A DNA stretch of 64,000 bases from an uncultured Acidobacteriota bacterium (GTDB lineage: Bacteria; Actinomycetota; Acidimicrobiia; Spongiisociales; ZC4RG35): positions 1 to 64,000 of the forward strand of contig CAWHEU010000021.1 in NCBI GenBank assembly GCA_963828465.1, in the 5' to 3' direction. How positions within the stretch are numbered: position 1 is the stretch's first letter; each line of letters starts with the position of its first letter. Of this stretch, positions 42,464 to 50,605 are shown in pieces. A model generated the notes under the pieces. The model made no database searches. It was given only the letters and a program-made list of their open reading frames with translations, and was not told the DNA's origin. Position numbers and translations under genes: made by a program.

Positions 42464-43308
42464 TTCTCCCCCCGCAGGGGGGAGTCCGGCGAAGCCGGGA
42501 GGGGGGATTCTTGCTCCCCCCGCAGGGGGGAGTCCGGCACAGGATTCCCTTTCCAATGAGGATCGCGTTTCTCCTGGAACGCGGCGATCCCCTCGGCGGC
42601 ATCCTCGCTCATGGCAACTGCGGTGAGCCCCGTCTGCAGTCGGTCGAGCGCCGCGTCGAAGTCGAGGTCGGCCATGCCGTAATAGGCATCCCGACCGATC
42701 ATGAGAATGGCCGCGCTCTTCGACTGCAACGCGGCGACGACCTCGTCCACGACAAGATCCAGGTCGGCGCGGGGCACGACGCGGGACACCGCGCCAAGCC
42801 GCTGTGACTCGTGGGCGTCGATCACCCGACCGGTGAGCATCAGCTCGAGAGCAGACTTGCGGGGCATCACCCGGGCGAGGAGCGCCGAGATCATCATCGG
42901 CCACAGCCCTACCCCGATCTCGGGTGCGCCCAATTTGGCATCGTCAACGCAGATCGTCACGTCGCAGGCGACGGCGAGCCCGAATCCGCCGGCGAGTGCA
43001 TGGCCGTTGACCCTTGCCACAGTGGGCTTCCCGCCCCGGATGATGAGCCGGAACAGGTCGGCGAAGACTCCCCTGGCCTTGTGCAACCCGACAGGGTCGT
43101 CGACGAAAGAGCCCGACAGGTCGCCGCCGGCAGAGAATGCCTGGTCCCCGGCTCCGGTGTACACGAGGACGCGCACCGCAGGATCGTCGATTGCCCGTCT
43201 GGTCGTGGAGTGGAGTTCTTCCATCGTCTCCACCGAGAGCGGATTGCGGCGGGTGGGATCAGAGAGCGTGATAGTTGCTCGACCCTCACCCACTTCGTAC
43301 TCGACCAA
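42460..43308 (-). CDS. Enoyl-CoA hydratase/isomerase
   Basis: AFSAGGDL, NGHALAGGFGL, GAPE, EGIAAFQEKR; tail extended by the repeat. Confidence 0.9.
   Translation of the reverse strand: MVEYEVGEGRATITLSDPTRRNPLSVETMEELHSTTRRAIDDPAVRVLVYTGAGDQAFSAGGDLSGSFVDDPVGLHKARGVFADLFRLIIRGGKPTVARVNGHALAGGFGLAVACDVTICVDDAKLGAPEIGVGLWPMMISALLARVMPRKSALELMLTGRVIDAHESQRLGAVSRVVPRADLDLVVDEVVAALQSKSAAILMIGRDAYYGMADLDFDAALDRLQTGLTAVAMSEDAAEGIAAFQEKRDPHWKGNPVPDSPLRGEQESPLPASPDSPLRGEK
42466..42538. repeat. REP-like palindromic element, two identical 25-mers
   Basis: CTCCCCCCGCAGGGGGGAGTCCGGC at 42466-42490 and 42514-42538, with a CCGGC-GAA-GCCGG hairpin after copy 1. Confidence 0.85.
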
Positions 43309-43355
43309 TTCTCCGCCTTCGTCTGACTTGACACCCGGTATTACCGTCGTAGTAC

Positions 43356-43946
43356 ATGCTATGGCTGGCCATTGTCTTGTTCATCGCCTTGGCCATGGCG
43401 GTGCTGCGCGGGGGCCGTCTGACCAACCTGGGCGACATCGAGCTTCGGGCTTGGTGGCTCTTGCTGGTTGCCCTGGGCCTGCAGGTGGCGACCATCTGGC
43501 TGCCGGACTCGGATTGGGCAGAGGGTCTCGGGCTGGCCATGGTGCTGACCTCCTACGGGCTCCTCATGGCCCTGGTGGTGCTCAATCGCAACCGGACCGG
43601 GATGTGGCTCGCCGGTCTCGGGGTTCTGATGAACTTCACGGTGATCGCCGTCAACGGCGGGATGCCGGTGCTCGCCGAGGCGGCCGAGGTGGCTAGCGGG
43701 TTCACAGTCACCGTGCCTGATCTGTCCGGGTCGTTCAAGCACGTGATTCTCGACTCCGGTTCGAATCTCACCGCACTCGCCGATGTCATACCGCTCCGGA
43801 TAGGAGGGATCGGCCAGGTGATCAGCCTTGGTGATGTCTTCCTGGCGGTCGGCCTAGGCCGATTCCTGGAGCACGAGTTGCGCCGGCCACGTCGCTACTT
43901 CAAGCGCGGCGCCCACGCCCAGCCCGGGTCGGCGAGCAAGACCTGA
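43356..43946 (+). CDS. DUF5317 family membrane protein
   Basis: LRGGRL..L, LMNFTVIAVNGGMPV, LADVIP, VISLGDVFL. Confidence 0.8.
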   Translation: MLWLAIVLFIALAMAVLRGGRLTNLGDIELRAWWLLLVALGLQVATIWLPDSDWAEGLGLAMVLTSYGLLMALVVLNRNRTGMWLAGLGVLMNFTVIAVNGGMPVLAEAAEVASGFTVTVPDLSGSFKHVILDSGSNLTALADVIPLRIGGIGQVISLGDVFLAVGLGRFLEHELRRPRRYFKRGAHAQPGSASKT

Positions 43947-43958
43947 CCGATCAATTGG

Positions 43959-45203
43959 TCAGGTGCGGACGGGGGTCAGCACCCCCCGGCTCTCCAGCAG
44001 CCGGCGAAGGGATGCCACGACCTCCGGGTCGTAGTCGTAGGCGGCGCCGGTGTGGAGGACCTCTAGGGCCTGCAGGGGGGAGAGCCCCTCGAGATGCACC
44101 TGCCAGTCATAAGCGGCGGCGACCTTGATTATCCGCGACACGATCGAGACATCCGGGTCGGTTTGCTCGCCCGGCTTGCGATAGGGCTCGTACTGATGGC
44201 GCACGTGGGTCGCCACTCGGCTCAAGTACGGCGACTCGGCGATGATCTCCGAGCTCCAGCGTGCGAGGTCGGTATCGCTGTAACCCATTCGCAGTATCTG
44301 CGGCTCGTTGAGGCTGACGCGCCCGATGTCGTGCATCAGCCCGGCGTACTCCACGTCTTCCACCTGGACCGGGCCTAGCCCGATCTCCTTGGCGATGGCC
44401 GAGGCGAGCTCGGTGGTGCGGTCAGCGTGACCATCGACCCCGAGCCCGGAGACCTCGGGGATGCGAGCCAGCGCACGGATGGTCTGCTTGTAGGTCACCT
44501 TGGTCTGTTGGAACCGTTTGAAGGCGAGGTGGGCAAACGAGTAGGGAAGCAGGGCGATGGGGAGTGCCCACCAACCAATCGCCGGTAGTAGTTCGCCGAA
44601 CAGTGCACCCGTGAGAGCCAGTCCGAGGAAGACATTGAGATCGTGTATCAGGGAGCGGGCCAGATAGCTGCGGGACAGCTCACGCTTGCCCACGACGAGC
44701 ATGGAGCGGGCGAACACCTCGACCGCGATCCAGGCGAGGAGGGCCACGACGAACGGGACCAGGTCCGCCCAGCCTCCGTTCAACTCGGCAAACGGCCCCA
44801 CACGGAGGGCGGAGTACACGGTCGCATAGACGACATAACCGGCGAATCTCCGCACCAGAGTGGGCAGAAGGTCGGTGTGCTTCTCCCCACGTGAGTAACG
44901 GAGTGCCCAGACGATGGCAAGGCCCAGTCCATAAACGGCAATGCACCCGGCCAGGTCCACATCCTGTGTCGAGCCGAGCACGAAGGGCACGGCGGCAGCC
45001 ACCGCCAGACCCACCGTGAACCTGTTCCCCGTGTTGGAGGCCGCTACCCCGACCATCGAGGCCAGCACCAACGCCGTCACCGCAACCAGCAATTTGATCG
45101 GATCGGTCACAGCAATGGTGGCCGCATAGAGACCAACCCCGGCGATAACGAGGACATACAGCCAGGAGACGATGGAGAGGGCGCGTGGGCTCCAGCTAGC
45201 CAC
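43959..45203 (-). CDS. Multi-TM protein with degenerate HD-GYP-like domain
   Basis: About 7 TMs; GH..R and MHDIG retained, HHE..DG.GYP replaced by RHQYEPY; YDPEVV. Confidence 0.82.
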   Translation of the reverse strand: MASWSPRALSIVSWLYVLVIAGVGLYAATIAVTDPIKLLVAVTALVLASMVGVAASNTGNRFTVGLAVAAAVPFVLGSTQDVDLAGCIAVYGLGLAIVWALRYSRGEKHTDLLPTLVRRFAGYVVYATVYSALRVGPFAELNGGWADLVPFVVALLAWIAVEVFARSMLVVGKRELSRSYLARSLIHDLNVFLGLALTGALFGELLPAIGWWALPIALLPYSFAHLAFKRFQQTKVTYKQTIRALARIPEVSGLGVDGHADRTTELASAIAKEIGLGPVQVEDVEYAGLMHDIGRVSLNEPQILRMGYSDTDLARWSSEIIAESPYLSRVATHVRHQYEPYRKPGEQTDPDVSIVSRIIKVAAAYDWQVHLEGLSPLQALEVLHTGAAYDYDPEVVASLRRLLESRGVLTPVRT

Positions 45204-46587
45204 GAAGGGTCAACTCCGGCTCTTCGGCGAGACGACGGGCCATCTCCTCGTCGTTCACATGCGGGGCGCCCCAGCGACGACCGGTCTTGTTGAGCGCTCG
45301 CTCGAAAGCGTCGACCACCTCCGGGTGGAACTGGGCGCCAGAGTTGCGCCTCAACTCGGATATGGCGTATTGCTGTGAGAGTGCCATCCGATAGGACCGG
45401 GCCGAGGTCATCGCGTCGAATGCGTCGGCCGCGGCGACGATGCAAGCCTCGATCCGGGGAGGCTCACCCTGGCTGTGCCCGCTGCCGCCGTATCCACTCC
45501 CGTCGAAATTGCTGTGGTGGCCGGAGGCGATCTCGACCATGGGCTGGAGGAAGTCCACTTCGGCGAGGATCTCTTCGACGAGTTGAGCGTGGGCCTTCAT
45601 CTCGGCGTACTCGTCCTCGTCGAGCCGGCCCCTTTTCCGGATGAGCTCGGTGGGGACGGCCAGTTTGCCCAGATCGTGGATCAGGGCCGACCAGCGGAGA
45701 GTCTCGAGCTGGGTCCCACTGAAGCCCATCTCCTCGCCGATCATCTGTGAGAAGAACGCCACCCTTTCCGTGTGCCCTCTGGTGTACATGTCCTTGGCCT
45801 CGAGCGTCTTGACGAATCCGCGAATCGACCCGATGTGCGAATCACGCAATTGCGAGTAGGCGTAGAGGGACATGTGGCCAATGGCGTAGACGCCTACGAT
45901 GAAAACGATGATCGCTTCGCCGTCGGCGATGAGAAAAGCTGCGCCGATGAGCCCGCCGATGAGGCCCATGGCTACCTGACCGACAAACAGAGTCGGCATC
46001 TGGGACCAGGGCTCGAGATTGTCCCGGCCGAAAACGACCTTCACCGCATATCGAACCAGAACCGTCTGCACCGTGGCGTAGGCCAGGGCCGCGACCGCCG
46101 ACACGACCAGCACCCTGATCAGAGACCCGGCAGTGTCCGGGACGCCTTCGAGATATGTGTCGAGGATGAGGCCGCACACGGCGCCGGCAGTGACGATCTG
46201 CCCGAAGTTGGCCATCGGCTGGAACCAGCGCTTCTCTTTGAAGTCGAGCGGGGTGAACAGGGCGAGAGCACCCATCAGCGCCAGACCGAACATCGCGTCG
46301 GAATCGGGACGCATGGCCAGGATCACCCCGGCGCTCATCGCCACCATCACAGAGGCGGACTGCAGCATGCGATCGTTGACCTCGACCGCGAAGAACTCGA
46401 GCAGGACGAAGAGGACGGCGAATGGGGCCCAATACGCCCAGACCGGCATCTCGGAGTAGAAGAACGACCCGACGAGGGCGGCCAGACCCGCCAGCGAGTA
46501 GGGCACAGCGATCTTCAACCGGCGCTGCACCGTGGGTCGGAGACGACCGAACCATCCCCGCAACGGTTTTTTCCTACCAAGCCTCAT
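45196..46587 (-). CDS. Multi-TM HD-GYP cyclic-dinucleotide phosphodiesterase
   Basis: About 7-8 TMs; EAKDMYTRGHTERV, IHDLGK, HHSNFDGSGYG, ADAFDAMTSARSYR, GAQFHP. Confidence 0.9.
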   Translation of the reverse strand: MRLGRKKPLRGWFGRLRPTVQRRLKIAVPYSLAGLAALVGSFFYSEMPVWAYWAPFAVLFVLLEFFAVEVNDRMLQSASVMVAMSAGVILAMRPDSDAMFGLALMGALALFTPLDFKEKRWFQPMANFGQIVTAGAVCGLILDTYLEGVPDTAGSLIRVLVVSAVAALAYATVQTVLVRYAVKVVFGRDNLEPWSQMPTLFVGQVAMGLIGGLIGAAFLIADGEAIIVFIVGVYAIGHMSLYAYSQLRDSHIGSIRGFVKTLEAKDMYTRGHTERVAFFSQMIGEEMGFSGTQLETLRWSALIHDLGKLAVPTELIRKRGRLDEDEYAEMKAHAQLVEEILAEVDFLQPMVEIASGHHSNFDGSGYGGSGHSQGEPPRIEACIVAAADAFDAMTSARSYRMALSQQYAISELRRNSGAQFHPEVVDAFERALNKTGRRWGAPHVNDEEMARRLAEEPELTLRG

Positions 46588-46636
46588 TGAGCCCCTCGAC
46601 GACATGTGTGACCGTTTGGTGAGCCGGCGTCGGTTA

Positions 46637-46714
46637 TCAGCCGATCCGGGTGCCGGCGAGCACTAACTCCAGGCTCGCGACACATCTGTGATTACGGGCC
46701 AGAAATGCCTTCAT
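46637..46714 (-). CDS. Putative 25-aa peptide MKAFLARNHRCVASLELVLAGTRIG (absent from the ORF track)
   Basis: AGGTGA SD 9 nt before ATG; tandem TGA-TAA stops; lies between the promoter and the HD-GYP gene. Confidence 0.5.
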   Translation of the reverse strand: MKAFLARNHRCVASLELVLAGTRIG

Positions 46715-46839
46715 CAAGAACGCTCACCTGTTGGTGCCGTATTTCACCGGCGTTGTGTGCCGGTGTTGACGATCCGCTCCGCTGGGGTTGATGGGCGTCC
46801 AGTACAAGGCCGACGTCTGACGCCGGACTCACCGCTTTT

Positions 46840-46880
46840 CCCCGGCAAGTCTTGACGGGGAACCTTTAACATGTCAAAGG
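46840..46880 (-). promoter_or_regulatory. Sigma-70-type promoter for the peptide/HD-GYP transcript, overlapped by two palindromes
   Basis: Minus-strand TTGACA(46877-46872)-N18-AAGACT; palindromes CCCCGGCAAGTCTTGACGGGG and CCTTTAACATGTCAAAGG. Confidence 0.5.
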
Positions 46881-47055
46881 CCCCTGACTTCGCCCGCCAT
46901 TGGCCAGGCAGACGGGTCAGAGACCTCGGCTGCCCCACGTTTCCAATAATGCCTTCCAGCCCGCCGCAATCTAGAGCCTCTCGGTACCTTGAACAAGGGG
47001 AAATGCGGCGTGTTATCCCGATAGACCACTCCGGTTGGCTGTACGCTGGGAGGTC

Positions 47056-47676
47056 ATGGACCTAATCGCGCTCCAGGACAAGATCTGTCGCATCGACGGC
47101 GTCGAGGCGGCGAGGATCGTCGCCGGCAACGGCCATATCGAGGAAATACATGTCCTGGCCCGCCGAAACAAGCCGCCCAAGCAGGTCGTGAGAGACGTGC
47201 AGTCCCTGAGCCAGGCGCTGTTTGGCGAGGAGATCGACCGCCGGGTGGTCTCGGTCGTGCAGCTCGCCGACTCCGATCTCGATATGGGATTTCGTCCGGC
47301 GCTGGTCGACGTCAGTGAGACCCTCGACGGGTCCCGCGCAGTTGTTTCGGTGACATTGCGGTGGCAGAACGAGGTCTTCACCGGCTCGTCGAAGGGCGCC
47401 GCCGCGGTGACCACCCGATCTCGTCAGATCGCCGAGGCCACGCTCGAGGCCATCCGCCAGGCCATCCATCAGGAGGCGGCCCTCGCCGTCTCGTCGATGG
47501 ATATACCCGTGTTGGGGAGCCGCAAGGTGGCGGTGGCACAAATAGTCGTGGTCACCGAGGCGACCGAGCGACACCTCATCGGGTGCGCCTATGTCGAGGA
47601 CGAAGAATCGAGAGCGGTGGTCCGCTCAGTCCTCGATGCCCTCAATCGGGTGCTTCCCGACCTCAAGATATCCTGA
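47056..47676 (+). CDS. Conserved hypothetical protein (EEIHVL..PKQVVRDVQS motif; C-terminus resembles the LeuA regulatory fold)
   Basis: GGGAGG RBS; IEEIHVLA, PKQVVRDVQS, IDRRVVSVVQ, IAEATLEAI, AVVRSVLDALNR. Confidence 0.75.
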   Translation: MDLIALQDKICRIDGVEAARIVAGNGHIEEIHVLARRNKPPKQVVRDVQSLSQALFGEEIDRRVVSVVQLADSDLDMGFRPALVDVSETLDGSRAVVSVTLRWQNEVFTGSSKGAAAVTTRSRQIAEATLEAIRQAIHQEAALAVSSMDIPVLGSRKVAVAQIVVVTEATERHLIGCAYVEDEESRAVVRSVLDALNRVLPDLKIS

Positions 47677-49218
47677 CGCACGCGGTCTCCACCCCACATC
47701 ATTACTCCACGGATGCGGCCAAACGTGTGCTGATCGCTGGGGGCAATGCGGTGGACGCGGCGATCGCAGCCACCGCTACCCAGGGGGTCGTCGCACCGGA
47801 GACCTGCGGGGTCGGGGGTGATCTCTTCGCCATGGTTCACAGGCCGGGATGGGATGAGCCCCGTGCGCTCAATGCCTCCGGACGCGCCGGGTCCCATGCC
47901 GACCCCGGCCCCGTTCGGGACGTCAGGGTCATCCCGCGCGACCACCCGCTCTCCGTCACAGTGCCCGGTTGTGTCGACGGTTGGTCGGTCCTTTCTTCTG
48001 AGCTCGGCCGTCTCGCACTGAGTGAATGCGTCGCCCCGGCCATCGAGCTACGCCAGCGAGGGCTTCGAGGTCTCCACCGAGCAGGCTGGCGCCTTTCTCG
48101 ATCAGGCATCCTTCTACGCCGGGCAACGGGCGGTCCGAGAGTTCTATCCGGGTGGGGCAGCGGTCGTGCGAGGTGATGTCGTCAAGCGACCTGATCTCGC
48201 GGCCACTCTCCACGCTGTCGGCGAGCGAGGGCGAGATGCCTTCTATCTCGGGGATCCGGCCCAGGACATCGTCGAGGAATTGGGTGGCCTCATAACACAC
48301 GGCGACCTGGCCCGATCCCACGCCGACTGGGTGAGCCCGATCTCATGTGCGGTCGGGGACATGTTTGCCTGGACCCTCCCCCCCAACTCACAGGGCTATC
48401 TCGGCCCTGCCACGCTCGCGGTGTTCGAGATGCTGGGACCACCTTCGGACCCGGCCGACCCGGACTGGTGGCATCTGCTGATCGAGGCGTTTCGCTCGAT
48501 GGCCTGGGAGAGAGACGATCTCGTCGCCGATCCCGACCACGCACCCCTTCCCGGGCACCTCCTCCTCGATCCTGCCCGTTTGGGCCGAGCCGCCGACACG
48601 GTCGACCGAGCCGCAACGGGAGTCTGGCCCAGGAGAATGGGGTCCGAGTCGAGCACGGCGTACATGTGCATCGTCGACGACGAGGGCTTGGCCGTGTCCA
48701 TCATCCAGTCGAACTTCGAAGGGACAGGCTCCGCATTCGGCGCCGGCACGAGTGGGTTCTTGCTCCACAACCGGGGCAGCGGCTTCTCCCTGACTCCGGG
48801 ACATCCGAACGAGCTGCAGCCCGGGAAGCGCCCGCTGCACACCCTCTCTCCCACCCTCTGGACCCGCGATCGGGAGCCGACATGGGTGATCGGGACCCGA
48901 GGCGGCTCGGTGCAGCCTCAACTCGTGGCTCAGGTTGCGGCACGAGCCATCCTCGCCGGGAAGACCATCGAGGAGGCTCAGACCGCGCCGAGATGGGTGG
49001 TCCGGGAGTTCGGACCGTTCTCCGAGGCGCGTCTCCTGGTGGAGCCCGGTATCGCCGGGGCCACGCTCTCCAACCTGCGGTCGCGCGGGCACGTCATCGA
49101 AGAAGTGCCCGACCGCCAACCCGGTTGGGGGCCGGTGTCCATGATCAAAATCGACGGCAAGGACCGCACGACCCACCCGGACCCCCGCGTCGACACCACC
49201 AGCGCGATCGTTTTCTGA
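47673..49218 (+). CDS. ggt: Gamma-glutamyltransferase family protein; frameshift near 48050, start uncertain
   Basis: GGNAVDAAIA, GVGGDLF, SVTVPG, LPPNSQG, S-T nucleophile (STAYMC), LHNRG, KRPLHTL. Confidence 0.85.
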
Positions 49219-50236
49219 CTAACGCCTTCAGCTTGCCTATGACCTCGCGGAGGGCCTCCGGCTCGGCGTCCAGAGTGGGCCCGATCGTGTAGAAGCCGAT
49301 CCGCTGCACTCGATCGCCGTAGCGCTCCCGAATGGCGTCAGCCAACCGGTCGGCTGTCGCCGCCACCCCCACGGTGAGCACGGCATCATCCGGTACCAGC
49401 GCGGCCATCTCCTCCCACAGGCCGCGCTTCGACATCGCGTTGAGCTCTCCGCCGAAATCCCATCCCTCTGCCTCCAGCACCGGCAGGTATGAGGGGGTGG
49501 ATGCGTAGAACGCAATCTGCTGCCGGACCGGGCCCATCGCCTGCTCGACATCGGAATCCGTCGCTCCGGTCATGACGAAAACGGTCGTGGCCAGCTCCAC
49601 GTCGTCCAGCGTCCGGCCAGAGCCCGCTGCCCCGGCATCGATCCCGGGCAGGACCACCTCATCGAGATAGCGCACCGTGTGGAAGGGATGGACATGGAAC
49701 CCCGAACAGAGCTCACCGGCGAGTCGGCTCAGATATGGGCCAACTCCGGCGATGTAGACCGGCACATCCGGATTCGGGATGGGGCCCGGGTTGAAGAACG
49801 GTGTGATCAGGGAGAACTGGTAGTAATCACCCTCGAAGGAAAGCGGGCTCGAGTCTTGAAACGATTCCCAGATCGCTCGAAGGGCAAGGATGTACTCCCG
49901 CAGACGGGGAACCGGGCGATCCCAGGTCGACGAGAAGCGCCGGACGATGTGCGCTCTGACCTGTGTCCCGAGGCCGAGGATGAACCGGCCGCGCGACATC
50001 CGGGCGAGATCCCAGGCCGTCATCGCGGTGATCATCGGCGATCTCGGGAAGGCGACGGCGATCGCCGTGCCGAGGTCGAGCCCGGGCTCCGCCACTGAGG
50101 CAAGGGCCAATGGCAGGAAGGGGTCATACTGGGTCTCGGCGGTGAAGAAACCGTCATAGCCGAGCTTCGCCGCGCCCTCCGCCGCCTCCGGAGCGCCCTC
50201 AGGGGGGCTCGGTGGGTAGTAGAAGTCGACTTTCAT
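49145..50236 (-). CDS. LLM-class F420-dependent oxidoreductase (3' end uncertain)
   Basis: AETQYDPF, GTAIAVAFPRSP, GRFILGLGTQVRAH, AFYASTPSY. Confidence 0.85.
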   Translation of the reverse strand: MKVDFYYPPSPPEGAPEAAEGAAKLGYDGFFTAETQYDPFLPLALASVAEPGLDLGTAIAVAFPRSPMITAMTAWDLARMSRGRFILGLGTQVRAHIVRRFSSTWDRPVPRLREYILALRAIWESFQDSSPLSFEGDYYQFSLITPFFNPGPIPNPDVPVYIAGVGPYLSRLAGELCSGFHVHPFHTVRYLDEVVLPGIDAGAAGSGRTLDDVELATTVFVMTGATDSDVEQAMGPVRQQIAFYASTPSYLPVLEAEGWDFGGELNAMSKRGLWEEMAALVPDDAVLTVGVAATADRLADAIRERYGDRVQRIGFYTIGPTLDAEPEALREVIGKLKALVRKRSRWWCRRGGPGGSCGPCRRF

Positions 50237-50283
50237 CAGCCAGCCAGGGTAGGTCGGGCCACGGATGGGTACGATCACGACCG

Positions 50284-50604
50284 ATGAAGACACTGGCCAA
50301 AGTCGTGGGTGTCGTCGGCGCGGCGGCCGCCCTGGTGTGGGCGATGCGAGACCGATTCATCTCGGTCGCAGCGTCGCGCGAGCCGGAGCCGCCCGTCCTG
50401 CGGACCGCCGCTCCTGCTCCGACGGCTTCGGGGATCGACGCCATCGACGGGATCGGGCCTGTGTTCGCCAGCCGTCTGAAAGTCGCCGGGATCGACGATG
50501 TCTCCAAACTGGCCTCGGCGACTCCCGACACCATCGCCGAGGCAGCCGGCGTCAGCGGCGCTCGGGCCAGGACCTGGATCGAACAGGCCCGCTCGCTGGG
50601 CTGA
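50284..50604 (+). CDS. Membrane-anchored helix-hairpin-helix protein
   Basis: N-terminal TM, IDGIGPVFASRL..AGI, WIEQAR. Confidence 0.7.
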   Translation: MKTLAKVVGVVGAAAALVWAMRDRFISVAASREPEPPVLRTAAPAPTASGIDAIDGIGPVFASRLKVAGIDDVSKLASATPDTIAEAAGVSGARARTWIEQARSLG

Positions 50605-50605
50605 C

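Noticed and set aside
42466-42538. Two identical 25-bp repeats with a 23-bp spacer as a mini CRISPR array
   Set aside because: Only two units, the spacer itself pairs with the repeat, it lies in a CDS tail, and there are no cas genes.
46715-46930. c-di-GMP riboswitch upstream of the HD-GYP genes
   Set aside because: I could not find the c-di-GMP-I (GEMM) or c-di-GMP-II consensus by eye; kept only as an unexplained structured region.
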